This document shows, piece after piece, positions 11,403 to 24,400 of a DNA stretch of 63,544 nucleotides. Numbering within the stretch: the first letter of the stretch is position 1; each line of letters opens with the position of its first letter. The notes under the pieces were generated by a model. It had not been told where the DNA came from and ran no database searches. It worked only from the letters and a program-made list of their open reading frames with translations. The position numbers were made by a program, and so were the translations under genes. Origin of the DNA: Ionaspis alba (lineage: Eukaryota); NCBI GenBank assembly GCA_964255285.1, contig CAXUUL010000021.1, positions 1 through 63,544 on the forward strand, given 5' to 3'.

Positions 11403-12975
11403 ATGCCAACTCTTCTACCCTCGTTACGCTCGGTCGCCAAGTTCGCTCTAGGCTCTGCCCAAGTGGTCCTCATCCAGCATGAAAGCTTTGTAAGAGGAGG
11501 AGCTCCACTTTCTTGTTCGAATACGCAACTAAGCTGTCATAATACGACGGCTGTGGCTGATACGTGCTGCTTCAACTCGCCGGGAGGGCAACTGCTACAG
11601 ACGCAGTTCTGGGACACGAGTCCCTCAACAGGACCCACAAACCACTGGACCGTCCATGGATTGTGGTATGAAGTAATTTCCAAGAGCTATCCAGAAACCG
11701 AAGGTTGACTAATGAAACAGGCCTGACAACTGCGACGGCACGTACCAAGCTTTCTGTGACATGTCCAGGCAGTACACCAACATCACCGCAATCCTCCAGT
11801 CCTACGGACAGACCGCTCTACTCGATTACATGAACACGTACTGGAAAGACGCTAACGGGAACGACGAGACCTTCTGGGAACACGAATTTGGCAAACATGG
11901 AACGTGTATCAGCACCCTCGATACGAAATGCTACACTGGCTATACCCCGCAGGAGGAAGTGGTTGATTACTTCAACACGACTGTGGCACTCTTCAAGACC
12001 CTAGACTCATATGCTGTACGTACCTACCACCTGGGCACGAACGACGTCGAAGAGCAGAGGCTAATACTTCGTTAGTTCCTTGCCGCAGCAAACATCCTCC
12101 CCTCCTCAACAACAACCTACACCTCCAGCGCCATCATCGCCGCCCTCAAAGCGCCTCGCGGTGTCATCCCCGTTATCAAATGCGCCAGCGGCGCCCTCGA
12201 CGAAATCTGGTATTTCTACGACGTCAAAGGTAGCGTTCAAACTGGACAGTTCGTGGCCGCAAATCCAGGTACCCCTTCCTTCCTATAGAAACCCCCTGGC
12301 TCCACCACCCAAGTTCTTATGCTGATTTGGCATACTAGTGGGCGCATCATCCAATTGTCCCTCAACAGGTGTCAAATATCTGCCAAAGAGCGGCGGTACA
12401 CCCGTACCAACCACTTCGGTCGCTCCTCCACTTCCGCCGCCGACGTCGACCACTGCGCCGAGCCCAACGGGTACATCGGACCCTGGTGCGCCGTTTAGTG
12501 GAAAAGGGTATTTGATGGTTACGTCTGATGGGAAGACCAATGGTTGTATCATCAGTGGTGGGACGTGGTATACGACAGGGACGTGTGCGACATTTACCGC
12601 TGCTGCTTCTGGTACGAAGTCTCCCCTACACCCCAAGATCTTCCTCTTTACCAATGTTTTCACTCTATCGATGGCTACTTATATCACCTAGGTCCTGGTA
12701 GCACACTCACATCCAGCAAAGGCCCCTGTGCCATCGTCTCTGGCCAGTTGAGCTGTGCTGGTTCGAATTCTGCTGGTGTCTTCACAGTGCGTAGAACTCT
12801 TCATTGGACCTCTGAAAGTCAAATGGCTAAACTGTCATAGAATGTCGGAGGCAACGTTGCTACAGGTGGTAGCGATGCCTTCTACGCGACTAGTGTACCA
12901 ACTGGGAGTATGCAGGCAAGGGTTTACACCACAACGCAGGCGACCGCGTTGACGATCCAGTGGGTGGCGATTTAG
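11403..12975 (+). CDS. RNY1: Ribonuclease T2 (Rny1-like) with P/T linker and C-terminal extension; exons 11403-11665, 11721-12015, 12076-12268, 12339-12611, 12692-12786, 12841-12975
   Basis: Spliced product contains CAS I WTVHGLWPDNCDG and CAS II FWEHEFGKHGTC. Five GT-AG introns keep the frame. An upstream in-frame ATG exists at 11283. Confidence 0.92.
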
Positions 12976-13664
12976 ATAGTGCATCCGCTGGCGTTGGATA
13001 TGGTCGATTAGAACTACAATACAGGAATCGTCGCAGTCATGATAATCGAGACACGTTATTCATTTGTACTCGCACAATGACCTTGATCAATGCCGCGCAC
13101 TCTTAGAAATATTAAGCATGAGCACAGCTTCATCGGCGAGCTCTGTAGTAGTCTTCCCTCCCGTCCTCAAACACGTCCGATCCATTGAACCAGAAAGGGC
13201 ATAGTAGCCCGGTCCTCGCACCCACGCGCGCCATCCTCACAATCCAGCCGCAGGGACTAGACGCTCCGGCTTTGTGTTTCATATTAGAGAAAAGTACCTG
13301 CCAATCACCAGAGCTCTGCACCGATCCCTCAGCATCGATACTGAGTACAGTTGCATGTGAGTGGATGGTGTATTGCAGAGATGATGAAGGGCATTGCTAT
13401 GCCGCAGCGCATACAGAGCAAGAGGAATGGGTCTTTCCTGGGGCTCCACCTGGCGCGCGGGTGATTAGGAATGAGGTATATCGGGGGAAGGGAATCATTG
13501 ATGTCCCTCTTGAAACTTCGAGACGAGATAGATTAATAGCCGACGGTCAAAGATAGATGAGAGAGCCTTGACAAAAATCGATATTTTTGGGTATCTAAGT
13601 ACAGGATACACTAGTCTCCGCCGTCACTGGAGGATATACAAGCAGGTGGTATCACATCATCCAA

Positions 13665-15678
13665 TCAGCTCGGGCTCGCAAATAGGACTTTTCTTTTCGA
13701 AGCCAAACTATTCGTCAAGCCTCCAAGACGCTGAGGAATCCCATTCGACATACCTTCGAGTATCCTATCCATTCCATCGACATCAAGCTCGCCATGAGCG
13801 AGCAGCTCCTGGTCTTCGATCACTGTCTTATGAGGAGTTCGGTGCGTCGATGAGACCTCAGGGCCACTCAAGGGCGGAGCAACAACGACAAAGCTTCTTT
13901 CCCCAGAGATAAGTATTTCTGGCTGCTTAGGAGCCACTCCCGATGCCGAAAGTCCTTCGTCGACCGGGAAAATTGACACCGCAGTTCGCCGCTCTCCGCT
14001 TAAATTGACGTTCGCAATGTCTCGGAGTTGACCACTTAACCCGGTGCCGAAGAGATTTCCCGAGCCTTTGATCTTGTTCTGCCAATAAGCTTGCACACTG
14101 GCTATCATACTGATCTTGTCTCCGTGCCAGAAGACCACGGTCTCGTCATCCTCTTTGCCGCCGTAGGTTTTGCCTGTGTTGTAGACCCCGATGCCTCCAG
14201 ATGTGGAGAAGCTTGATCGAGGGGTTGAGCCCGTGAACAGGGCTTCTTGTCGAACTCTGCGAGTACCAGGCGTCATTGGGGCCAGGTTAGATGTTTTCTG
14301 CTCTCTTGTGCTGCTGGCCTTGGATGCGCTGCCGGAGACAGGTGTGCTACCGATCCAGCCGCTGAGAGTGAACTTCGTATGACTTCCGCCGGAAATGACC
14401 AGATTCTTCTTCGCAGCACTCGCAGTATTCGTAGTTTCGTATGAAATATTCCAAATGCCCCATTCGCCATCAACAGCTAAGACAGTAACCGCTTTGCCGG
14501 AGAAAACCCAAGCAGCATCTAGGAGCCGCTTGTGTTGTGTGACACCCTCTGCGCTGGTCTGGAGAGCAGGGTATAGTGACAAGGCCCATGAACCTTGTTC
14601 GCGACCGGAAGCTGAGCAGCAATCAAATATCCTGACAGCTCCATTCCTCTCGCCGAGCAGAATACGAGGATACCTTGGCTGGTCTGCGTGAGTAGAAACA
14701 TGCAGATCCATAGACACGGCCGGAGCAGCCAGCTGTTGTGATCGCCATAGAATTTGATTGTCTGGGACCTCTTCTTCCAGCCAGAATCCATCTTCCGTTA
14801 CGGGAATCCTATGCACCAAGAACGTGCCATTTAGATCTGCAGAATGGGAAGCGAGGATTAGATCCCACTCATCCTCATGATTCTCGTTAATGTCGTCGCC
14901 GTCGTCGCCGTCGTCGTCGTCACCATCGATAGCCGCTTCACCTGCGGCGATAGCAGTCCTAAGAGAGAAAGCAACACGTACTCCTGCAGGCGGGTTGCGA
15001 TGGCCAAGCGTATTTGGTATCGTGATCATCTGCTCGTCCCAAGCGCCTTGACCAGCGTAGCTCATGTCAATCTTCTCTCTGAGCTCCGGTCTCGCTTTGC
15101 TTTGAGGTGAAGGAGGAGACAAGGGTACTGTCAATATCCTAACGGTACAATCCGAACAACCGACGGCAAGGACGAGCCTTTCTCGAAGCAATTTCGGCGA
15201 TAGCTGAGCCGGCGCCTGGTGAGACAGATATGGTAGTCGAGGAAATGACAGATGTAAGACTGCCGTTCCAAGTGGGAGGTCTAGATGCTGGATGATGGGC
15301 TGGAACGGCTTGGACGGGTCCACTTCCTCTTCCTCATCTTCAAATTCCGGCGCATCTCCATCTGGCTTGGAATCTAACTCCGTGGATATTTCATTGCTTG
15401 TTCCATTGAATTTGCTTCTGTTACTCCTAGTACCCGTAGCTGTTTTGAAAGGGCGTCCGCCTCTCCAGAGGATAAGGAGGCCTTGGTCATGACCGCAGAC
15501 TATAATCGTTGAACCATTTGGCGCGGTGAGAGGATAAATCTTCGAGGTATAAATCTGCTGAGGTAGACCGTACCTGCCAACAGGGTTGTTAGATTGCCCA
15601 AGAGGCACTTGAAGAAGGGTGAACGGCGGCATACCTCAAGTGGAGTAGTCCCTCCACGGATTGTGCTTTTGGCTTCAT
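13665..15678 (-). CDS. NUP37: Nucleoporin Nup37-like beta-propeller (exons 15678-15635, 15573-13665)
   Basis: Intron 15574-15634 (GTATGC...CTAAC...CAG) gives MKPKAQSVEGLLHLRYGLPQQIYTSKIYPLTAPNGSTIIVCGHDQGLLILWRGGRPFK, which resembles the N-terminus of filamentous-fungal Nup37 as I recall it. WD-like strands follow. Confidence 0.75.
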
Positions 15679-16460
15679 ACTCGGCGATCGTGGAAGACCT
15701 ACATGCCTCACAGGAGTAGCATTACCAGACCTATTTCAGTATAGCCAGCGGAAGGTTACAGCTCGGCGTCATTGCTTATCGTATTGATGGTTGTGTTTTA
15801 TCCGGCTGTCGTCCATGAATAGGTAGGTGTACGCGTCGAATATTCATATCCAACTACGTGATCCCTGCTTCAGACAACGCGGTGTGGCGCCAACCAGGGT
15901 ACGAAGCGGCTCTCCAACTTCTGGCTCCTTTGACGCAAACGAATAGAAACCCTGAGTCTAACCTCTATGTGATCCATTGTTGAAACAAACCTAGATCGAA
16001 ATCTGCTAATCAATTATCATCTTGTGGAAGATGTGATTTGTGGCCATGTCTTCTTGGAGCGTGTTTCTACAGACTATGCTGCGGACACGAACCTTCCTTA
16101 CGCAGTCTACGCTCTTTAATTACCTCTGGTCAAGCAGAGAAAGCTGTCAATTCTATTGTAACGGGTGACAAAAACCTTGTCCAAAACCTTTGCTACAAGC
16201 CGTGGTCATCGTAGAACGCATCAACTGTTCGATATTGTTGGTGCTCTGAAGCCACAAAAAGGACGGCCCTCTAAATTACATGCAATACCGCATCACCATT
16301 CTCTAGGACGCCAGGTTGATCTAGCTGTAAGAAAAGAAAGGATACATCGCACTCATGTAGAGCAAATGGAAAGCAAAGCGAATGATAATTCTGAAAACGT
16401 GACGCAGATGCAATCATGACTTTCGTCAACATGCTCTCCTCCCACTCCTTCTTTCCATCT

Positions 16461-18693
16461 CTACAAGAGCATCAAAGTCATCAAGAGCACACCAAGGATG
16501 GACACAGTGACCAGATTCTGCTTTGTAGCAAGCCCTTCAAAAACCATTGATGCCGTAGGAACGGCATAACTGCCATTACCCAGGTAAGTTGGGATCATCT
16601 GACCTCCTGGTACTATGGAAGGACTACCGAAGACGCCTTGAGATGCGGTCAGGTACCCACCACTAGCTACTGTGGCCCTAGGGTTAGCAACAATGCTTAA
16701 GCCCAGGACAGGGGTTGATTGCCCAGGCTTGAGTGAGTATCCGTATCCTGGTGGTATCCCGATGCTAGGGCTAGCTGTCACCATGACATAGATGGACGGG
16801 GTCTGTATGAAACCACCACCATATGCATTGCCAAGCATTGCCGGAACCCAGAGAGGAAGCACGGCGCCACTAACATTGGGAACAGTACTGGAAGTAGTTG
16901 AGTACGATGAAGAAATGATAGTGGTTGTAGTTGGCATTGATCCTAGTTGGGCGGATGCTTGGCTTGTTACAGCTACCGCGGCGGCTTGAGGTCCGAGTGT
17001 TTCTTTGCTAGATGCAGACGGGACCATGGAAACCGAGTCTTGTGCTATAGAATCGAAGGTTCCGCCCGTGGCTTCGGCTGCCGATGGCGAAGACAGCGAA
17101 GGCTCATTGATAGTGGGCAGCGAGAAGTAATCTAAGACAGCGGAAGATAAGGATGGCTCCGTGGTGGTGGAATCTTGAGCTGTAGCCATCAATACCGCTG
17201 AGGAAGCGGCGACCACAGGGGAAATGACTGTGGTGGATGTAATTGTAACCCTCTCCTCGGTCGCCACGACAGGAGTGTCACTAGTTTCTCCAGAGGTTGG
17301 AGTCGAAGTCGATATGCCCATGGTGCTTAACGAGTCACTCAGGGATGAATCAAAAGGGACCAACGCGGAAGCTGGTATTGGCGAAGATGAGGTGGAGGCA
17401 GAATTGTAAGCCGAGGTGGAGGTTTCAGGGCTCAAGGTCAAGGTCAAGACGTCTCCAAAGGTTTCTGGTGGACTTGAGTATGATGATAGTGAGAACGTGC
17501 TTCTGACAGGTAGATCCGTGACGAATACTATATTGGTTGGCCTAACGATGAACCCAGTTGTGGGAGGAATCGTGGATGCGGCGGATGCTAACGGTAGTGC
17601 TGGGAGCTCAGAGCTAGACTGAATGTTTGTGGACAGTATAGTGTTAACATTGGCTGCTGTACTTCGGCTTGAGCTAAGCACAAGGCCAGTATCAGTCCCA
17701 GTAGTAATTACAATTAGGGTCGACTGGGACATAGCAGCCAGAATTTTCACTACTGTCTCAGAGCCCGGCAAGCCAGCTGATGTAAGGTCAGGGACAGGAG
17801 CACTGGTCAAGTCTTTGGCGGATACGAGAGTAGAGCTTGCCTTAGTGGTACTGGGTACGCTGGAGCTGGGAATGGTGGTCGTGGTAATGGCCATTATTGA
17901 CAGATCCTTTGCTGGTGTTGTCGTGCCCTGGTCATGATATGAAACTGTACTGGTTTGATCTTTGGCTAGCACTGCCGGGGTCTGGTCTTTTAGCGGTACA
18001 GAAGAACTAATCGCCAGCTCTGTGATGCTTGTCGGCAAGCCCTTTGCAGATATCCACAACGTATTCGTCTGATCTTTGGCTGGGATGGTTAGAAGAATTG
18101 GCGCCGTGGTAGATAGATCCTCGGCTGCGACAGTCGTCGAGGACGACGACGTAGTCAGGTCTTTGGCAGAAATTGAAGGCATCGCCATGTAGGAAGATAT
18201 AAGATCCTTCAAAGACACTGTTGGGAGACTGGGCTGATCTCTTGGAATGGTTGAAGAAGCTGGACGATCTGTGGCTGGAATTGTGGAAATAACGTTACCC
18301 ACAGAGCTCATGTCTGTGACTGGTAGAGACGCTGCCACTAAGTCTCTGGCTGGAGCTACTGGGATCGGCGTTGCGGTTGCTTCTGATCCCAGATAGGAGT
18401 CTTTGGAATCTGTAAACAATTCCATCGTCAGCTTCTAGCAAAACTGACAGTACCATCAGATGGTCTCTGCAGAGTCATTTAGGTATCAAAGGGATAATCA
18501 GACGTCAGTGTCGGGACATACCTTCGCCAGTTTTTCCCAGAAGTTTAGGTACTGAACACCGTGAGCTAGTAAACAGAGGAGTATTAAGCTCCAATTCACA
18601 CATTGACCACAACTTACCCCTCACGAACGGAGAAATGGCCAGAGTGTATGGCATGGTCACAGCCATAACGACCAAGTAGGTGGACAGCTGCAT
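16461..18693 (-). CDS. Secreted Ser/Thr-rich, probably GPI-anchored cell-surface protein with (P/S)AKD(L/Q) repeats; exons 18693-18618, 18565-18522, 18466-18454, 18409-16461
   Basis: Three GT-AG introns give MQLSTYLVVMAVTMPYTLAISPFVRAHGVQYLNFWEKLAKRPSDDSKD in frame with the 654-aa ORF. Signal-peptide-like start and hydrophobic tail FEGLATKQNLVTVSILGVLLMTLMLL. Confidence 0.72.
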
Positions 18694-19569
18694 GCTGTGT
18701 TCTGTGTCTTGTAGCAAGGGTTCTGCAATAGTATATCCTGAGTAAGTGAGATGAGAGAGCTCGACGCTGCACCGTGAGCGAATGAGCGTGAGAGATGGAG
18801 AAGAAAGAGGACTCTAGAGAGAATTGAGTAGATGCCCTTGCTGAAGGAGGAAGGAGTTCCCTTGTACTGCAGAGGCAGGAGGTGGACGTTGACGATGGCA
18901 CAGGGATTCCTGACCTCGAGGATACTTGGCGGAGCCTTGGCGGGGTAGAGGAGGAAGGAAGGAAGGAAGCAGGTCCGAGGTAGATACGGGTCCTAGAATC
19001 GAGGAAGGAGAGGCAACAGGCAGCCACGATGAGAGGACGAAGACACTGGGATCTCCGGGTATGCAGGCGTGAAAGGTGAAATCTGCGGCAGAGGCAGACT
19101 GGTCGACGGGGGGGTCAACGAAACGGGGGTGGTTGGGGCTTCGAAGCAGCAGCCAACCGTAGATAGGGGTAACCACAGTTCTTTGAGGCTTGCAGATACT
19201 GTGGGCTAACTCAGGAAGCCGTATTCATCATACAGGAGGGCCTACTCTATCAGCTTGGAAAGATAATCATCAAGGCTCAACGCAGCAGCAGGAGACGACA
19301 GTAGAGGAGACTTGCACTGTTTGGACGAAGGCTCAGGGACGCGGGTAGGCGCGCCCTACCTTAGCTCCTTTCTCGCCTATATATTCGTCCTCCTCACCTC
19401 GACTTCCCACTTCCTTTCTTCCTCCACAACATCCACTTCCACGTTCATCTTCCACCCGCATTTACACCCATCTACCAAACCTCCCACTTGCATTGCTCTT
19501 TGCATAGCTTCCTTCAAGTACCCTTCTTCAACAACATCACTCCACTTAACTCAACATCTTCAAGTCACG

Positions 19570-20845
19570 ATGATGTATTTCGTCGAGATCCTCACCCTGG
19601 TCTTCCTGGCCTTGATCCAGGTCACTGCGTCTGGTAAGTACTTGCATCAAATCTTTGACTCTTCTCGCATGCCTGCATCGTCTCTCTGCATCATCCTGTC
19701 ACCTCCCTCTGTCTGAAGCGACGGCCTCCCGTGTGAGGTGACACCCTTGGCTTGACCTGAGGTCTCATCAACATACGCGGCGGCCGTCCGCCTCATGCTC
19801 TTTTGTCTCTTCCACCACGGTACACCATGTGTCCAGTTGATGCTCTCACCCGCGAACTTTACGTGAGATTGGCACATTCCAGCATATTGCTCCTTTTCCT
19901 CAACATTTACCCGTGGGCGGCCGTCCGACTCAGAATGTCTGCCCTCACTTTCTCACTTCGAGATGATGAATGTCACTCGATGCTTTTGCCCGCGATTTTT
20001 ATGCGTACATGACACGCGTGGGCACACGCTTCTTTCTTCTCACTTCTGCTTATCTGTGGCGACTATTCGGGACACTCCACCCCACCAACCTCGAAGATTT
20101 CTTGCCACGGAGATAGAGGTTCTTAAGACTAACACTCTTTGTCTCCAGGAAAGGTCAACCATGCTCGTGTAAACGAGTACAGCCTAGACAAGGGAATTGG
20201 ACGTGAGTGGCACCTGAGTTCTCCACCGCCTGACTTTGTTGCTGACATCTGTTTCCAGGCGAGATCTTGGTTCGAGAAGGTTAGCCTCAACATTCTGACA
20301 CAGGCACTTCTTCATGCAAGATCTCAGCTTACCCGGTAGTAGTCGCGGTGACAGTGACGGTGACCACCATCCCCGATTACTGCCTAACCACCAATCCAAG
20401 CATTGTCATCACCGGAACGGTAACCCCAATCACTTCGGTCCCAATTCCGCCAGCCACTCCGACTGCAGCTTCAGCAGTCACGACCACCGAAGTCAAGTCG
20501 ACTGAGACAGCCCCGGCTCCACTGACCATGCCCACGACCGTTAGTGCACTAATCACCACGGCACCAGTCACCACGGTTCCCATCCCAACCGGGACGTCGG
20601 TCGTGGGGTCAATCACTTCTGGCCTAGCCTCGAGCGGATCTCTTGTCCCGTCAAGCGTTGTAACCAAGCTCTCTAGTATCACCTCGGTGGAGTCGAGCTT
20701 GAACCCGGTCACCAGCCACACCGCGACTCGGAGCACCATCGCTCCAAACCCGACCACACCCTCCAACGGCGGCGGGAAAATGGATTTCAATCTCCTATTG
20801 ATAGCCATTCCGGCTGCGGCGTCTGTCTTGGTCTTCGCGGTCTAG
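19570..20845 (+). CDS. Small secreted Thr-rich GPI-type protein; tentative exons 19570-19633, 20148-20201, 20259-20279, 20328-20845
   Basis: Exon 1 encodes signal peptide MMYFVEILTLVFLALIQVTAS followed by GTAAGT. The last exon is T/P/V-rich and ends SNGGGKMDFNLLLIAIPAAASVLVFAV (omega site plus hydrophobic tail). Internal exon choice is uncertain. Confidence 0.6.
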
Positions 20846-21491
20846 GTAGCTACCTGGATGGACATTAATCCACATGAAGGCAGCGGCGTCTAAATGGGCA
20901 CTAAGGTGGCTGGGATGACTTGTTTTTCTTTTCTTTTTCTTCCCGAGGTTACAAAGAAGATGATGTAGTAATGGTGACGACTTGGCGGTACATCTGATGT
21001 CTTCTCATACCTCGAGCGATTGTTGTTCATTTTCGGTGACTTGTGGTTTTTGTTTCTCATTGAGGCGCGCTCGTTAGGGAGGCTGGCTCTTGTGGTTCTC
21101 CAATCTGTACGACGCTTAGTAGATAGATTCAGATCAAGCCCGTCACCTTCACTCTTCGACATACCTGTTCCTTCATGATTTTGTTGTCGTGGCCCCGTTG
21201 TCGTGCGGTGGGTTGGCGACGTTCTTCGTAAACATGAGGTTTGAAGTCAATCCATTAAGCGAGGTCTGTGTGCGACATCACATCTACCACGCTAACAAAG
21301 GCTCTGAGAAGGCTTCTCAAGCTCAGTCACGAAGTAAGAGCAATAAGAAACTTGTATACTTGCTGCTAAGTATGCAGTAAAGAGCTCCGGTCGTCGACAA
21401 AACTCAGTCAGCTAATCCCCACGCTATGCGTTGCAGTCCAACCTCACCAACTCCAAAGCGTCGTCACCTCACTCATCAGCAATCAAAGTCT

Positions 21492-24400
21492 TCACCGGCC
21501 GTCTTTATGTAGAGTAATCGGACACCCACTCCCGACTGTTCCCTTCAACTCCCTAGCTCTCCTCACCTTAGCCCCGACGCCTCCTTCATCTACACTATCC
21601 ATCTCACTCGCCGGACCAACAGAAACCTGATTATTTGCATCATCTTCAGCATTATAACTCAAGTAACAGGGCAAGTGAAAGATGTGCCCGCACACAAACC
21701 CAACCATCGTCATCTTCTCCAGACCCTCCGCCGCAAAAGGCTCACCACAACCAGTACAGTGCCCAGCTTTGACAGGCAGTGATCGATCGAGCTTCTTCCT
21801 TCCCTGCTGCCCATGCCGACTGCCAGGCCGTACATGACTGACCTCGAACTTAACCCCTCTTCCTCTGCCAGCTCTTAATTTCTCCATGCTAGCCACCACC
21901 TCCCCTCTCAGTACCCTCGCCACTCCCTCACCGATGGAATCTTGTAGCTCGTACTCTTTGAGCATGCGACTCAGTCCCTGACGTAAACCAGGAACTTCCA
22001 GTCCCTCAGGGATGCGTCTCACAAGCGTTACGGGTTCGATGGCAGTGCCCACTTCCTCCAACAATGCTTTTACAAAGGCGGGCTTCTCCATCGCGTAATC
22101 AAGCAGATTGTTCCAGAGCTCAGAATCATTTTGTTCCTTAGCGAAAGCTATAGCCTGACTGATATCACCCAGCTCATCGATTATAAGCGTTAAAGCCCTA
22201 GCTGTACGACCTTGTTTAGCAAGGAGGAATACGAGTTCCGGGATGTAGTGACGCTGGTCGCAGACAGTAGTGGCGAGAGAGAGGGAGTATGATTGGGATG
22301 TTTGGAGGAAGGAGAGAAGAAGCGGTCGGGAATAGGATGCGAAGAGATTGAGAGCTATGTCTGCATGGGCGTTGACGAGGGATTTGCCCTCTGTTGCGGC
22401 CAGGTGGTCGCTAGCAGTCGTGGTAGCGGAGTTGGTGTCGCCATTCCACAAGGCGCGGAAATAGAAGAAGAGGTATGGGGACATATTGGAGCTGGCTTGG
22501 AGCTGCTTGATTACTGTGGATGGGGGGACGATGCCGTGGTGAGCTTCTTCGACTAAGAGACGTATTGGTTCCGAGGAGAGCTCTTCCAGCTCGGAGAGAG
22601 GTGCGATAGCTGCTTGTTCTTTCGTGATCCGGAGGAGAATGAAGCCGGGGATGTTGTCTGAGACCACTTCGACTAAGTGGTATTCTTTGATGAGGTGCAT
22701 GGCTTCGTCGGCGTCCTGGAGCTTGATGCAACATCTGAGGGCGTCTTTGGCTCGGCCATCTGCGAGATAGAGCTTTGTGAGGCATTGCATAAGGATCCTC
22801 CAGTCTCGCCCAATCTCGCCACCCTCTGTGCTGTCTTCACGGACATCGCCGATCCTGAGCTTGCTTTCGATGGTCGTAATGATACTGCCAACGTCGAAAA
22901 GTTCCGGAGACCATCTATCAAGAAGTTCCTTCAAGCGTGGCCTATCGCGCGAAATGTAGTGACCTAGAATCATTTCGTATACAGTGGACGGCAGTGGAGG
23001 CTGAAACCGTTCCGTTGGAATGTAAGGAGTGATCTCGGCATATTTGTCTGCTTCCGCAAATACGTATACCCAATGTTCCCAGCTGGAAGAGGTGCCTAGA
23101 ACTTTACCTGCCACCTGACCAGCTTTTGTCCAGTCGCCGTTCCTGATCAGCTCCTTGAGCCACTTCTCGCCAATGCGACGCTTCTCCTTTTCTGCCTGTG
23201 AGTTAAAAGTTCGACTGGCTGAAGTCGTTGTTTGTGAGCTATCGTCTGCGAAGAAGTCGACAAGACTAGTCTGGCCCTCGACTGCATTTGTTCGTGCTTT
23301 GGTCGGAGTACTTGGCACACTTTCAGGTGACTCGGCTGACATTGTGCTGGCAGCTTCAGGGTGTGAGTCCAGCAGAGTCCACGCTTCTTCGTACTTTTCA
23401 TGCGAGTCCAGCCAGAGCAGATGATCTGATATAGTTGGCCTGGTAGCAAGAACGCAGTCATATGGACTCTGTATGAAGATTTTCATACCCCTGGTCAACG
23501 TGGCAGGATGCGGGCCTTGACCGATCTTAAAAGGAGTCGAGCTATCGTTTGAAACGATACCACTTGTAGCTTTGCTGCTCGATTGCTTCTCGCTATTGCT
23601 ACCTCCACTATGGACACTCGCAGCAGACGTAAAGAGTCGAGTAGGATACATTGTGGCATCCCAGATTGTGCCGCCAATGCCCATACTGATGTCGCCAATA
23701 AGTCCCAACGCGCCTCGCTGAGGGGCGACTTTGGCTGTAGAACGAGAAACGGGTAAGACACCAAGATGGTAGTCCGTTGCAGACAGACTCTCGAATCTGC
23801 TGACGTTTAAGGTATCTGCCGGGCACACTTCTTCCTTCGTATTGATGTCGATAATCCTCATCTCGGGTTGTAAGGCATTCTGTCTCCGAGATACGCCACG
23901 TTTCGGGGTAGTTTGAGCAGAGCTGTTTAGAGTTTTCTTCTCGTCCGGCTCAACATATGCAAGTACTAGAAGCAGATTTGGGGTATAAAGCGAAATTCCA
24001 GATATAATACAATCGGTCCGTAGACTTTTCAAGGTCAGCCAGGGAAGGCCTGAAAGTTTGTTGAACTTACATGGTGACAACCTCCACCCGACCTGCTTTG
24101 CGCTCGCCGATCTCTTTACCTACGCCAGGTCCTCCAGCATAGACGTCAATAATCCATATACTTCCACCCCATCCAACAACCAATTTTTCCAGGCGCTTTG
24201 AATGTGTGGTTTTCCTCAAGGATTGAGTATCGGATGGCATTGAAACCGCCCCCGTTCCATCCTTTAGGGCGATACCATTGGCTAAGCTGTAATCTTCTGC
24301 ATCAGACTCAAGTCCCTCTTCATTGATCCACTCTGCTCTTGCTTTCCACAATCCTGCCATTTCTTCCCAACCAGGACGATTGGAGCGATCAATATGGCTG

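Noticed and set aside
13130..13556. Overlapping short ORFs between RNase T2 and NUP37
   Set aside because: No motif or spliceable model; probably the 3' UTRs of convergent genes.
14892..14921. (GTC/GCC)n triplet repeat
   Set aside because: It simply encodes the Asp/Gly run of Nup37.
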